Positions 49,116 through 59,667 are shown, counted from the first letter of the stretch. The stretch is DNA of 64,000 nucleotides from an uncultured Thermoplasmatales archaeon (GCA_964648565.1 CAZYLG010000002.1:1245-65244), one strand, 5' to 3'. Numbers and translations are program-made. The notes: generated by a model not told the origin, from the sequence alone.

Positions 49116-49685
49116 TTAATTACTATCGACATGTACATTTTCTTCTGTAACGCTAATATGAACAAGTGATTCAATGGGAATTTTGGTTTCTGAAGAGAGT
49201 CTATTGGCGGCATCTCCTTTATCCACGGCTACAAAAACAGCGTTAACTTTAACATTCATTTGATCAAGCGTGTGAAGAACCGCTTTAAGCGTTCCACCAG
49301 TGCTTAGTACATCATCAACAATCACAACAGAATCATTTTTTTTAAGTCCGTTAATAAACAAGGTTGCTTCTGAATACCCTGTTTTTTGTTTCACGGGTTG
49401 TTCATCTGGCAATCCATAAGATCGTTTTCGAATGATGGTGAATGGAATATTCATTTCTAAAGATAATGAGGTGGCTAATGGGATGCCCATAGCTTCCATG
49501 GTTACTAATTTATCAAAAGGAGTATATGGATTAATTTTTTCTTTTAGGGCCACAGTTACTTCTTTAAGTAAAGATGGTGTGATTTCTGGTATACCATCCG
49601 TAATGGGATGAATGACGTAGTGATAGTCTCCTTTATTTACGATTGGTGCTTGTTGTAAAGATGTTATTAATTTGGTTAATTTCAT
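49116..49685 (-). CDS. hpt: Hypoxanthine/guanine phosphoribosyltransferase (archaeal type)
   Basis: HPITDGIP and MEAMGIPLAT, plus the PRPP motif VVIVDDVLSTGGTL. Confidence 0.8.
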   Translation of the reverse strand: MKLTKLITSLQQAPIVNKGDYHYVIHPITDGIPEITPSLLKEVTVALKEKINPYTPFDKLVTMEAMGIPLATSLSLEMNIPFTIIRKRSYGLPDEQPVKQKTGYSEATLFINGLKKNDSVVIVDDVLSTGGTLKAVLHTLDQMNVKVNAVFVAVDKGDAANRLSSETKIPIESLVHISVTEENVHVDSN

Positions 49686-50842
49686 AATTCGTTAACCTCT
49701 TTGCACGTTTTTTTTAGAATAGGAATGAATTCATCAATTATTTTTTTTGTTATCTGAGGCATGATCACAATACGAAAACTTGAAAGATGATCGATTTTAT
49801 TCACTTTCCAACCATATTCAGCTAATCTTTCAACGATTTCATCAAGATGAGTAACTTTTACGGTGATAACGTTTAACTTTGGTTTCATAACAAGATTCAA
49901 TCCTAAATCGGTAATCTTTTGGATGGTATACTGTGTTGTTTTCATACAATTTTTTACGAGTTGCTGATATCCTTTTTGACCAAGATAGTGAGTAACTGCA
50001 TATCCTGCAGCTACTGGTGCTCCTGCACGCGTGCCAAGAATCCCAGCTTGTTTTTTAGTACTAATACATTGAGAATTGACACTTATTTTTTGAAGCCATG
50101 ATTCGTCTCTAAGAACAAGGGTTCCAAGAGGGATAGCTGCATATCCCATTTTATGAGCATCTAATGAAATAGTGCTAATACCTGGAAGAGTGAAATCTAT
50201 AGTGGGTAAATTGTAACCAAGCTGGTTAAGAAATGGGATGATAAATCCTCCAAACGCAGCATCAACATGGAAAAAAACATGTTCATCAGTGCAAATATCT
50301 GATATCTCAGGAATTGGATCAATAGCGCCGACATCCGTAGTTCCTGCGATGCCAATGATTGCAGCAGTATCATCTGAGATTTTATGTTTAATTTGTGAAA
50401 CATCCATGATGTGATCTGATGTTTGAGAAACGATTTTAAGTTTCATATCCATTAATGAAGCAATCTTTTGAAAAGAGAAATGAGCTGAGGAGGATAGTAT
50501 GATTTCGTTTTTGTTAGTTAATTGTTTTGCGATCCACATTGAGGCGATATTTCCTTCAGTTCCTCCACTAACAACATGGCCCGAAGCAGTTTTCGGTGCG
50601 TTTAAAAACGAAAGAATAAATGAAAGAAATTTATTTTCAATCTCTTTAGTTCCTGGAAATAATCCCGGATCACCAATATTTGTTTCTAAAAATTTAATAT
50701 ATGTTTTCTTTGCAATGGGATGTGGTTGACTGCACATAGATCCCAGGATATGGCCTGATGAGAAACTAAAATCTTTTTTTTGGTATTGATTAAGTTTTTG
50801 TAAGATTTTTTCTTCTTTCTCCTTGTTTGATCCGCTTGACAT
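49682..50842 (-). CDS. mfnA: PLP-dependent L-tyrosine/L-aspartate decarboxylase MfnA
   Basis: Group II decarboxylase layout with the PLP-lysine motif ISLDAHKMGYA and N-terminal HILGSMCSQPHP. ATG 50842 is preferred over the track's TTG 50866. Confidence 0.8.
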   Translation of the reverse strand: MSSGSNKEKEEKILQKLNQYQKKDFSFSSGHILGSMCSQPHPIAKKTYIKFLETNIGDPGLFPGTKEIENKFLSFILSFLNAPKTASGHVVSGGTEGNIASMWIAKQLTNKNEIILSSSAHFSFQKIASLMDMKLKIVSQTSDHIMDVSQIKHKISDDTAAIIGIAGTTDVGAIDPIPEISDICTDEHVFFHVDAAFGGFIIPFLNQLGYNLPTIDFTLPGISTISLDAHKMGYAAIPLGTLVLRDESWLQKISVNSQCISTKKQAGILGTRAGAPVAAGYAVTHYLGQKGYQQLVKNCMKTTQYTIQKITDLGLNLVMKPKLNVITVKVTHLDEIVERLAEYGWKVNKIDHLSSFRIVIMPQITKKIIDEFIPILKKTCKEVNEL

Positions 50843-50936
50843 TTCGTATCGGCATAGCAACACCAATTAATCCGTAATTAATATTTCGGCGCCACTCTCC
50901 AAGAAAAAATCCACCATCACATTTTAATACTCGTAA

Positions 50937-51269
50937 ATGTATTTTGGTTACATGATGGAAAAAAAGGATGCGGCCGAGGAGGTTACTTCGTTTATAAAAC
51001 TTCCCGTATATACTCGATCTGGAGATTACATAGGGCATGTACGTAATATCTTTCTTGATATGGAACAAAAACAGGTGAGTAGTTTACTAGTAACTAACAC
51101 CAATTCTTCGATTGTTGAAGGATCTGTTGATGTTGCAGTTCCCTATAGGTGGGTGAATGCGGTTGGTGACATTGTTATCTTATCATATTTCCCTGAACGG
51201 GTAACCACTCAGAGAAAAGATGAGAAAACAGAAGACGGCAATACTGATGATATTGATATCATTGAATAA
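50937..51269 (+). CDS. PRC-barrel domain protein
   Basis: LPVYTRSGDYIGHVRNIFLDMEQKQVSSLLV...VPYRWVNAVGDIVIL is a typical PRC-barrel pattern. ATG 50952 is an alternative start. Confidence 0.7.
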   Translation: MYFGYMMEKKDAAEEVTSFIKLPVYTRSGDYIGHVRNIFLDMEQKQVSSLLVTNTNSSIVEGSVDVAVPYRWVNAVGDIVILSYFPERVTTQRKDEKTEDGNTDDIDIIE

Positions 51270-51566
51270 CCAATTTTCTTTTTGGTTTTTCTCTGATCTT
51301 TTTCATTTTATATTGGTGGAAAAAAGGTAAATTCTCCTATTATAAATAGTAAAAGATGTTTTTATATTTATTATTTGGAGAAAATACTTTTAAGTGTTTT
51401 TCTCATTAGTATTTTACTGAAAAAGATATTAAAAGCAAATCCTTTTATATAATGAAAGAGATATAATAATTTGCTATATTATGTACTCCCTATAAACTAT
51501 GATTATTAGGAGAAATGTACAAAAATATTTAAATAGTACTAAAGTAACAATATAAGTAAATATAAA

Positions 51567-52583
51567 ATGGTGTATATCATGAGGAAACACTTAAACTTTC
51601 TAAAAGTTGGGTTCATCATCCTAATATTACTAACAACCACATTGTCATTTGTCCCATCTGTATCTGCAGAAAAATTTTTCCAATTTGATTCAATGCTAAC
51701 CTTAGATTATAAAGCAGAGACGGTTAACGAAGCAGTGTTCCAACCAGATGGCCCTTCTGTTTCAATACCAATTAACATAAAATATCAAGTTTTTGTTCCA
51801 GATAGCTTCATTAGCAATCCTGCATTACGATTAATTTTCCTACAAACATTTATTATCACAAACGCTCAAATAAAATTAACCGTTGTCGATCCACCAGATT
51901 GGGCTGCAATATCCTTAGCAAATCCAACCCCCTATGTTCCTATTTCAACTGAAACTCAGGAAACAACAACAACTTTACAAATAGCAGCACACAAAAATGC
52001 ACCAGCTCAAGGTTTTACCTTACGAATCCAAGCGGAAACCGATCCGGTTCTCAATGGTCACGTTCCAAGCCAGGAAGCATATTTGGATATTCAATTCCAA
52101 CCTGGTTACATTCCTTTGATAAATGTATATACTGAAAAACCAAACCGTGTTGTTGCTCCTCAGGAAACTGTTAACTTTCCAATTGAAATCACTAATTTAG
52201 GTAACAAGGAAACTATCGTCCGTGCTCGGATTACGGATAAACCTGATGGATGGGCAACATTACTTCCACAATCTCAAATTATTATTCCATCCGCAAGAGA
52301 ATCCGGAGATAACACGGATACGCTAGCTATTTCGATTACCCCACCATATGGATTTGGTTGGCATAACGAACTTGAAACAATATCAATAGAATTCACTCCA
52401 GAATTTTCACCACCACAAGGTGGAGGAAATGCATCCGCGTTTGTTGGTTCCCCTGTTCAATTTCAGGTAACATTAAGAAATCGGGGTTTTTCAACTCCAG
52501 GGTATGAATTTATTTTGGTGCTTGCTGCAATTGGAATAATTCTATTTGTTGGAAGAAAGCGGAGAAAATTCCAGGATCTTTAG
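51567..52583 (+). CDS. Secreted surface protein with a CARDB/NEW3-like Ig-fold region and a PGF-CTERM-like anchor
   Basis: Signal peptide (FIILILLTTTLSFVPSVSA), VNFPIEITNLGNKETIVRARITDKPDGW, and the C-terminus STPGYEFILVLAAIGIILFVGRKRRKFQDL. Confidence 0.65.
   Translation: MVYIMRKHLNFLKVGFIILILLTTTLSFVPSVSAEKFFQFDSMLTLDYKAETVNEAVFQPDGPSVSIPINIKYQVFVPDSFISNPALRLIFLQTFIITNAQIKLTVVDPPDWAAISLANPTPYVPISTETQETTTTLQIAAHKNAPAQGFTLRIQAETDPVLNGHVPSQEAYLDIQFQPGYIPLINVYTEKPNRVVAPQETVNFPIEITNLGNKETIVRARITDKPDGWATLLPQSQIIIPSARESGDNTDTLAISITPPYGFGWHNELETISIEFTPEFSPPQGGGNASAFVGSPVQFQVTLRNRGFSTPGYEFILVLAAIGIILFVGRKRRKFQDL
52497..52583 (+). other. PGF-CTERM-like sorting signal (PGY variant) at the C-terminus of 51567-52583
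   Basis: PGY, then a 17-residue hydrophobic helix, then GRKRRK. This is the tripartite architecture of archaeosortase (ArtA) substrates, with Tyr in place of Phe. Confidence 0.45.
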
Positions 52584-52637
52584 TCAATTATTTCACAAAA
52601 ACTGAAAACATTTTAAAAATTTGCACAAGGGTCAATA

Positions 52638-54503
52638 ATGCATCCAAGAAGAAGTATCTACGTCATCTTACTGCTCTTTTCGCTCTATATGGCTAATCTT
52701 GGTGTTATTGCCGAAGAAGATACTGAAACTGAAATGGGTGCTGAACTAGCTATATTACCCGATCTCACTCAAATTCCTCAGATTACTCCAAATGTAAAAA
52801 ACACTATTCCATTGGTATACGATGATAATTTTGGAATGAATTGGACCCAATTACAAAACATTTATGGTTCTGAAGGAATTGGGAAGTTATTAAGTTTTTT
52901 TACTACACGTGTTTTATGGCCAATTATTCACCCAACATGGAGACCTCTTTTAGGATATACTCGAGTGGTCTTTGACGCAGAAATCATAGGTAATCCTTCT
53001 GGCTGGAGTGCAAGTATAACACCTACTACGGTAGCAAAATCAACAGATGGAACTACCGCTGATTTGAATCTCGAAGTTTTTGTTAATGATCTTGCTGCAG
53101 ATAATACGGTAACCGTAAGAATAGCCGCGACAAGATTTTCAAAGGTTGGTGAAAAACTTGGTACCTCCTATTTTGAAATACCACTTAGATCAGAAAATCT
53201 AGAATATTTTGATGTTAAACCTCTTGAACAATTTAGAACCGTATCTCCTGACTCTATTGTTTATTATCAAATCGAAGTCACTAATTTAGGATATTATGTT
53301 GACACTTTCGCAGCAGATATTACGTCAGATAATGAAACAAAAGCGATTCTAACTGAACAATCAATGGTTTTAAATCCTGGTGAAACACGAATAGTTACGT
53401 TACAAATAATGACGCCGGATAACATTTTTGATGTGGGTACTATCCACACTATTAACATAACTGGGTATTCTGTAGAGAATCCTGAATTTAAAACGTATGC
53501 GCAGGTCCAGGTTAAAACACAAGGATTTTACTTTTCACCACTACTTGGATTTGCTCTTGTCATCATTCTTATACTTGGTGGAATTCTGTTTGTTGTTTAT
53601 CGTTTTATTTACGAAAAACGCGAACGAGAACTATTCGGTAAACCAACGAAACCATGGTTGATACCTGAAGAAAAAACATATCTTGAAAAACTTAAAAAAG
53701 AAAAACCGGAAAAATATGATGAAGTTTTCAACATGATGAAAAATGAATATCAATCTGCACTTGATTGGTATCATAACTTTAGAGCATATCAACGAAGAAA
53801 AGGAGAAAAAGAAGATGAGACGGTTTTCGGAAAAATAAAAAATGTATTTCCATTTTCTTTTAAAGAAAAAATCAGTGAAACTAAAGATCAGAAAAAGACT
53901 GATGCTAAACAGAAAAATAAACCTGGAAAAATCAAAAAGAAAAAAGATGAGCAGGTAACTGAAAAACCTGAGAAGAAACCGAAAACTGAAGAATCAGATG
54001 ATAAAAGATCAAATAAATTTGTTTCTGGATTGAAGAAATGGTTTTCTACACCTGCTGAAGAAAAACTCAAATCAACGGATATACAAGAAAAACCGGAAGA
54101 ACCTAAAAAAGAAACATCTGATAAAACAGATGAAACGGCCAAAAAAGATTCGGTGCAAGATGAAGAATCTAAGCCTATTTCTGAAAAGATTGTTTCTGTA
54201 TTAAAGAAATGGTTTACCGTTCCAGAAGAAGAAAAACAAAAGGAATCTTCAAAAAAGATGCATGCAACAGAATCCGTTGAGAAAAAACCTAAGCAAAAAA
54301 CTGAAAAGCAATCTCAGAAGCCATCTGAACAAAAACAAGAAGAATCAAAAACTGATTATGAACAAGAACTAGATCGCATTGAAAAAGAACAAAAACTATT
54401 ACGCGCTCAAAAAGAAAAACAACGAGAACAATCACAGAAACAAAAAGCGATTGAAAAAATTAAAAAAGATGAAAAGAAACAGAAGAGAAAATGGAGTTTA
54501 TAA
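52638..54503 (+). CDS. Type I membrane protein: signal, ~290-aa extracellular Ig-like region, one TM, and a ~300-aa Lys/Glu-rich cytoplasmic tail
   Basis: YYQIEVTNLGYYVDTFAADITSD...LNPGETRIVTLQIMTP is CARDB/NEW3-like. The TM is LLGFALVIILILGGILFVVY. The tail carries a duplicated (F/I)VSxLKKWFxxPxEEK motif. Confidence 0.65.
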   Translation: MHPRRSIYVILLLFSLYMANLGVIAEEDTETEMGAELAILPDLTQIPQITPNVKNTIPLVYDDNFGMNWTQLQNIYGSEGIGKLLSFFTTRVLWPIIHPTWRPLLGYTRVVFDAEIIGNPSGWSASITPTTVAKSTDGTTADLNLEVFVNDLAADNTVTVRIAATRFSKVGEKLGTSYFEIPLRSENLEYFDVKPLEQFRTVSPDSIVYYQIEVTNLGYYVDTFAADITSDNETKAILTEQSMVLNPGETRIVTLQIMTPDNIFDVGTIHTINITGYSVENPEFKTYAQVQVKTQGFYFSPLLGFALVIILILGGILFVVYRFIYEKRERELFGKPTKPWLIPEEKTYLEKLKKEKPEKYDEVFNMMKNEYQSALDWYHNFRAYQRRKGEKEDETVFGKIKNVFPFSFKEKISETKDQKKTDAKQKNKPGKIKKKKDEQVTEKPEKKPKTEESDDKRSNKFVSGLKKWFSTPAEEKLKSTDIQEKPEEPKKETSDKTDETAKKDSVQDEESKPISEKIVSVLKKWFTVPEEEKQKESSKKMHATESVEKKPKQKTEKQSQKPSEQKQEESKTDYEQELDRIEKEQKLLRAQKEKQREQSQKQKAIEKIKKDEKKQKRKWSL

Positions 54504-54628
54504 GCCTCCACTCTTTTTGTAATCATATTTTTTGAAAGTCAAACATTTAAGTAAATGATGGTAGATTTTTTATTCAATTAATAAATGTAGATTATGGTGT
54601 GTCCATTGGATCTTACGTTCTTTTATTT

Positions 54629-55375
54629 TTAAAAAACGGTAGCATAGAATAATGGAATAAATTGAATGGTAATCGATACTAGAATTAAACTACTCACAAA
54701 TAGAACAGCCCACATCGTTTTATTCCATTCATAAATAAGAACTCCATCAAGTGGGCCGAACGGAAGTATGTTAAAAAACCCAAGAACGGCATTAATAACA
54801 AAAATAAAACCAATTGCTGTTGAAAGAAGTGTAACTGACGATGAGAAGAACAATTCATAGATGACATAAAGTATTGCAGCGAGAATGATATTGGCACTTG
54901 GGCCAGCTATTGCAATCCTGCTTTGTTCAAATGGCCGAGGTTCCCCTCGAAACATCACTGCTCCTGGCGCAGCAAGCACAAAACCAGTAATAACAGATAG
55001 AACAAGTGAGGTTAGCAATCCTTTCGGATACATACGAAATTCTGACCATAACCCATGTTTTTGCGCCATGAACTTATGAGATAATTCATGAACCACAAAA
55101 GCAAACAGTACACCAAAAAAAGAAAGTAATAATCCAATACCAATTCTTCCCAGGTCAAATGATTGCTGAAACAAAAACATCATCAAAACACTACTTTGAG
55201 TTAACGCAAATGCAAAACCAATGGTTAACACAAAAATTGCACTTGCAAGATGCACTAATTCCAACCGACTGAACTGACCAGGTTTACCCATATCAAGCGT
55301 TCCCCTTGGAAAATACATGTACTCCCGAGGTGAAAGCCGATGATATGACTGGTATTGTTTCCGATGACCGGACAT
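54629..55375 (-). CDS. Site-2 protease family zinc metalloprotease (peptidase M50)
   Basis: HELSHKF (HExxH) lies in a TM helix and the second motif is NILPFGPLDG. The start is uncertain (internal Met at MGKPGQF). Confidence 0.8.
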   Translation of the reverse strand: MSGHRKQYQSYHRLSPREYMYFPRGTLDMGKPGQFSRLELVHLASAIFVLTIGFAFALTQSSVLMMFLFQQSFDLGRIGIGLLLSFFGVLFAFVVHELSHKFMAQKHGLWSEFRMYPKGLLTSLVLSVITGFVLAAPGAVMFRGEPRPFEQSRIAIAGPSANIILAAILYVIYELFFSSSVTLLSTAIGFIFVINAVLGFFNILPFGPLDGVLIYEWNKTMWAVLFVSSLILVSITIQFIPLFYATVF

Positions 55376-55463
55376 GATATCAAATTGAAAACCAAAAAGA
55401 AAACCAAGCTTATCAATATTTCTTAATAATTTAGAATATCCTACCTATCAATCATCTGCAGTT

Positions 55464-56624
55464 TTAAAGAAATGTAGATGCAATGTATGGAAACGCAATT
55501 ACCGTTCCAATCATACTCCCAACATTAGCTAACGCAACAACAAGCAGTAAACGAACCACTCTATTTTTCCAGAAATCACCTAAGCTCTCAAGATTGCTCA
55601 ACTGTTGAAAATCTTTGACAACTGGCGTACGAACTTTTGCTTCAACATACCCAGCTACCCACCCAGCAGCAATCGCAGGATTAAGTGAAGTGATTGGTGC
55701 AGCAAAAAACGCAGTAATAATAGAAAACGGATGACCACGAGCAATAAGAGTACCAAGTGAAGAAAAAATTCCATTGATCAAAAACCAATACCCAAACATA
55801 CGAAGTGATTGTACTGGTCCACCAGTATAAAAGCCATAGGCAATCAACGCGATGAATAACACAGGGATTAAATACCCAAGGAGTTTAAGCACACTAAATC
55901 GCTTCTTCGGAACTTGTTCCAACTCCTTGATATCAGCTGAAAAACCTGGATCAGTCAAATGTTTTTTAATCCCCTGTAAATGACCCGCACCAACCACTGC
56001 AACCACGGTTTTCCCTCGTTTTCTTACCCGATTGATTTTTTCAGCGATATATTCATCACGTTCATGAATCAAAACTTTAGTAACACTAGGAGCAATCTTT
56101 CCGAATTCCTCCATCATCGTTGAAATAAGATCCTGATCCATTAATTCCTCAATATCAAGGTCTTCAAGTTCATCTTCTTCAAAACCAACCATTGATTTTA
56201 AGAATTCCCAGAACACCCGAAACTTTTCAATAAACCCCATTTTTTTCCAAGCACGTTTCAATGTTACCGCGATATCTCTATCCACTAGTTCCACATTAAG
56301 ATCATATTGCTTTGCTTGGTTCATCGCTTCAATCATTTCCGAACCAGGTTGCACACCATGATCCTTTCCAAGCTTTCGTTGAATCGAGGATAAAAACGTT
56401 TGCGCAAGTAAATAATACGCATTATTTGATTTAATCAAAGAAGTAACTGGTGTGTTCTCCCATTGATCTTTTTTAGTAATCGAATCATAGCGACGCTGAC
56501 ATAGTTCAACAGCTACCACATCTGGATGAACGGTTTCAATAGCCTTAGTTACTTCGTCAACGCTTTTCTGAGAAATATGAGCGGTTCCAACGAGAGTTAA
56601 CTTCTCATCAATTTCTTCGATCAC
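55464..56624 (-). CDS. TraB/PrgY-family protein
   Basis: LVGTAHISQKSVDEV...VAVELCQRRY and VVGAGHLQG, plus a C-terminal membrane domain. Confidence 0.8.
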   Translation of the reverse strand: MIEEIDEKLTLVGTAHISQKSVDEVTKAIETVHPDVVAVELCQRRYDSITKKDQWENTPVTSLIKSNNAYYLLAQTFLSSIQRKLGKDHGVQPGSEMIEAMNQAKQYDLNVELVDRDIAVTLKRAWKKMGFIEKFRVFWEFLKSMVGFEEDELEDLDIEELMDQDLISTMMEEFGKIAPSVTKVLIHERDEYIAEKINRVRKRGKTVVAVVGAGHLQGIKKHLTDPGFSADIKELEQVPKKRFSVLKLLGYLIPVLFIALIAYGFYTGGPVQSLRMFGYWFLINGIFSSLGTLIARGHPFSIITAFFAAPITSLNPAIAAGWVAGYVEAKVRTPVVKDFQQLSNLESLGDFWKNRVVRLLLVVALANVGSMIGTVIAFPYIASTFL

Positions 56625-56708
56625 AACAACACCTTTTCACCAGGAATTACCAATCCCCTATCACATGGTAGAATAAAAACATAGATGAAAAAAAAGAGAA
56701 AAAAAGAG

Positions 56709-57350
56709 TTAGATTTCAGCTTCGAAATCTTCAACTTCAGGTTGAAAATCATCGTAAGACTCAATTTTTCCTTTCACTTTATAAATCTCACGGCTTAACA
56801 ACCAATACACTAATGCTAACGCCCGACGTCCCTTATTGTTAGTGGGAATGATAATGTCAACATGTTTGGTTTCATTATTCGTATCACATAATGCAACAAC
56901 AGGAATACCCACGTTTCGTGCTTCACGAAGGGCTTGTGCATCAGCTAAGGGATCAGTGATAATCAACAGTTCAGGTTCCAAATATCCTCGTGCATTCGGA
57001 TTCGTTAAGGTTCCTGGTCGAAATCGGCCAGCCAGCACTTGAATGTTTGTGTATTCACCCAGTTTACGAATTGGTTGTTGCCCATATTGACGAACAGAGA
57101 CCACAAGGACATTTTCTGGTTTGAACTTTGCAATGAATTGTGCTGCTACCTGCACTCGATCATCGGTTTTATTCACATCAATAATGTATAATCCATCATT
57201 TCGTACCTTGTAAATGTATTTGGTCATATCCGCTGTTTTCTGCCGGGTTCCAATATGAACACCAGCGGTCATATAGGTTTCTTCAGAAGCGATCTTATTC
57301 TCCACTGCTTCTGATGGTTCTTCTCTGGGTTGCTCTTCTGTTTCTGCCAT
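56709..57350 (-). CDS. rps2: 30S ribosomal protein uS2
   Basis: AGVHIGTRQKTADMTKYIYKVRNDGLYIIDV...ITDPLADAQALREA...IPVVALCDTN. Confidence 0.95.
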   Translation of the reverse strand: MAETEEQPREEPSEAVENKIASEETYMTAGVHIGTRQKTADMTKYIYKVRNDGLYIIDVNKTDDRVQVAAQFIAKFKPENVLVVSVRQYGQQPIRKLGEYTNIQVLAGRFRPGTLTNPNARGYLEPELLIITDPLADAQALREARNVGIPVVALCDTNNETKHVDIIIPTNNKGRRALALVYWLLSREIYKVKGKIESYDDFQPEVEDFEAEI

Positions 57351-57388
57351 GGTTTTGCATCCTTCTTTTTTTCACAATTCTGTATTTT

Positions 57389-57562
57389 TCAATGATCACG
57401 TTTAACCGTTATCGGAATAGCTCCTTCTTTATATTCAAGCATTGCGATATCAATAGGAAAAATGACACCTTTTGGAATCTTGATCAGTGAAGGTGCACCC
57501 ATTGAAATCTGTAATGCACGTGCACCAATAATTCGTGCTTTTTCAAAGCGAGTATATTTCAA
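57389..57562 (-). CDS. rpoK: DNA-directed RNA polymerase subunit K (Rpo6), 57 aa, TTG start
   Basis: Hand translation: (M)[73 protein letters not shown] is the Rpb6/RpoK signature. An in-frame TAG lies 6 codons upstream, and TTG is the only start candidate. Not in the ORF track (<60 aa). Confidence 0.85.
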   Translation of the reverse strand: MKYTRFEKARIIGARALQISMGAPSLIKIPKGVIFPIDIAMLEYKEGAIPITVKRDH

Positions 57563-57633
57563 GTGTATCGACCAACTGTTCTATTTAAATTAACTGAACC
57601 ACCAAATACGGATAACATTTAAAAACATTACCC

Positions 57634-57855
57634 TTACCAACTCTGTTGTTGCTCCTGTAAGACCTCAGCAAGATCTCCTTGTCTGCTTCCGAATTCCTCT
57701 AAAGCAAGTTGCATATCGATTGTGATGTCTCGTAAGAGCTGATCTAAATGTTCATTTCGAAATTCCTTTACTCCATCTGCATCTGAAAATATTTTTCCTA
57801 CGTATGCGTTTTCTCTCCGATGAATCTCAATATCATATAGTGTTTCTTCTTCCAT
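57634..57855 (-). CDS. Small acidic protein (73 aa), paralogue of 48693-48851
   Basis: MEEETLYDIEIHRRENAYVGKIFSDADGVKEFRNEHLDQLLRDITIDMQLALEEF... shares the IEI...(F/Y)V(A/G)(R/K)(V/I)...D(G)..KE(Y/F)R...L...(V/I)ID(L/M)Q pattern with the 52-aa protein. Confidence 0.5.
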   Translation of the reverse strand: MEEETLYDIEIHRRENAYVGKIFSDADGVKEFRNEHLDQLLRDITIDMQLALEEFGSRQGDLAEVLQEQQQSW

Positions 57856-57944
57856 GCCGTTATCTCCCTCTGGGAAATTTCATACTCATCCTCATTATAA
57901 AAATGTTTTGAAAGAGATTATCCTTCCATTTTTAAGTGTTTTGT

Positions 57945-58409
57945 TTACAGCATGCGGTTGATGATCGCATTGATGTTATCAGCTCGATAACCAAGGGCAC
58001 CATTTTTGGTAAATGACCGTTTCACACCTTCAAATCCTTTCACTGGTGGATGTAATCGAAAGACAGGTTTGATTTCAGGGATTTCAGATAAGGTTATCTT
58101 ATCCTTTGATAGATCTTTTGCAAGTGCTTGAAATGTTTTGTATGATGAAACGTTTTGAAGTACATCTTCAGTTAATGGTTCATCACCTGGAAGTTTTCCT
58201 CGTTTTTCAAGAAGATGTGCAATGGTTTCATCAGTTGCTTCACCCCAAGTCACATAATCCTTAGCCACCTGAAGCATTCCTTTCATGTACTTATTTTCTG
58301 GAACAAGCACACAATGATTGGCTCGAGTTAAATTAAGTAATGATAATGTTTTTTTGATTTTTGGATGAACATTCACATGTCCACGAATCCGAATTACAGC
58401 ATATGCCAT
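57945..58409 (-). CDS. rpl30: 50S ribosomal protein uL30
   Basis: MAYAVIRIRGHVNVHPKIKKTLSLLNLTRANHCVLV. Confidence 0.95.
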   Translation of the reverse strand: MAYAVIRIRGHVNVHPKIKKTLSLLNLTRANHCVLVPENKYMKGMLQVAKDYVTWGEATDETIAHLLEKRGKLPGDEPLTEDVLQNVSSYKTFQALAKDLSKDKITLSEIPEIKPVFRLHPPVKGFEGVKRSFTKNGALGYRADNINAIINRML

Positions 58410-58411
58410 GC

Positions 58412-59155
58412 TTATGCAGCCTCCTCAGTCATCGATGAATCCTTTTTTTCTTCCTCAGGTTCAGTTTCACCAGAAAGAATACCAATACGTTGCACTTCAG
58501 CGGGAAGCACCCTCATTTCAGTATTCTTCTTTAACGCATTAAAAACTGCTTTAGCATAATTAACCGTTGTACGTGTCTGACCATTGGTAAACGCCCAACA
58601 ATCCTTAATGCCGGCAAGTGTAAGAATCTTTTTTGCAACTTCTCCAGTAGCAAGTCCAATTCCTTGAGGAGCTGGTTTAAAGGTGATTTCAACGGAGCCA
58701 CTTTTTCCAGTAACTGCAAAGGGAACGGTATGTGGGTTTCCACAACCACACTCCCAAGACCCACAGCCACGACGAATTTCAATGAGCTCAAGTTTTGCAT
58801 TCTCTATTGCTTTTCGAATACTTGCCCCTACTTCTTTTCCTTTAGCTTGACCTAAACCAACATATCCATTCTTATTTCCAACAACTACCGTAATAACAAA
58901 TTTTACTCGACGACCTGAATCAGTCATCCGCTGAACCATGTTGACATCTAAAACCTCATCAGCAAGATCTGGAAGTAAAATATCAACGACTTGTGGTTCC
59001 CTTAATGGAAATCCAGATTCTAACGCATCATGAATTGTCGTAATATTTCCTTTCTTAACTTCTACACCAAGTTTGGTTTTTGGATTCCATTCAACAATCA
59101 TGTTTTCTTTACTTCTTCTCCTTCTTCGTTTCCCACGTTGTCTTCTCGCTGCCAT
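58412..59155 (-). CDS. rps5: 30S ribosomal protein uS5 (with a short acidic C-terminal tail)
   Basis: [39 protein letters not shown]... Confidence 0.95.
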   Translation of the reverse strand: MAARRQRGKRRRRRSKENMIVEWNPKTKLGVEVKKGNITTIHDALESGFPLREPQVVDILLPDLADEVLDVNMVQRMTDSGRRVKFVITVVVGNKNGYVGLGQAKGKEVGASIRKAIENAKLELIEIRRGCGSWECGCGNPHTVPFAVTGKSGSVEITFKPAPQGIGLATGEVAKKILTLAGIKDCWAFTNGQTRTTVNYAKAVFNALKKNTEMRVLPAEVQRIGILSGETEPEEEKKDSSMTEEAA

Positions 59156-59667
59156 TATTCACCGTCACCTCCAGTGATTTTCTTTTTGATGCGGGTGACA
59201 TCTTCTTGTATTTTTTCATCAATATGTTTGCCAAAAAGCCGATCTTCGTCTGGAATCATTTTCTCACCATGCGGACATTCAATTCCTGCATCAAGAATTC
59301 CTTGAAGTGCTGCAAAGACTTTTGATCCTTTCACGGGTTTCTGCCGACCAATGTCAAGTACGCCGGAGGATAAGCCTTCTTTTTTCGCCTGCATAGCTGC
59401 AAGCATTCCAGTAAGATAGGCTGCAGGTGTTGACGAGGTAGAATGTTTCCATTGATATTGTTTTGATAAATCCGATCCCATTGCTTGGGAGACTACCCGA
59501 TCACCACCTTCAGAATACTCGATGAATTGCACACGAATATTCTTAAGCGATCGTCGCACCACGATACGTGGCTCACCTGATTTCAATAATGCTAACCGAT
59601 GTCTGTAATCTGTTTTTCCTTCTCTTCGACGTCGTGGTTTCATTCGATAACGTGGTCCTTGATTCAT
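59155..59667 (-). CDS. rpl18: 50S ribosomal protein uL18
   Basis: [40 protein letters not shown]. Confidence 0.95.
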   Translation of the reverse strand: MNQGPRYRMKPRRRREGKTDYRHRLALLKSGEPRIVVRRSLKNIRVQFIEYSEGGDRVVSQAMGSDLSKQYQWKHSTSSTPAAYLTGMLAAMQAKKEGLSSGVLDIGRQKPVKGSKVFAALQGILDAGIECPHGEKMIPDEDRLFGKHIDEKIQEDVTRIKKKITGGDGE

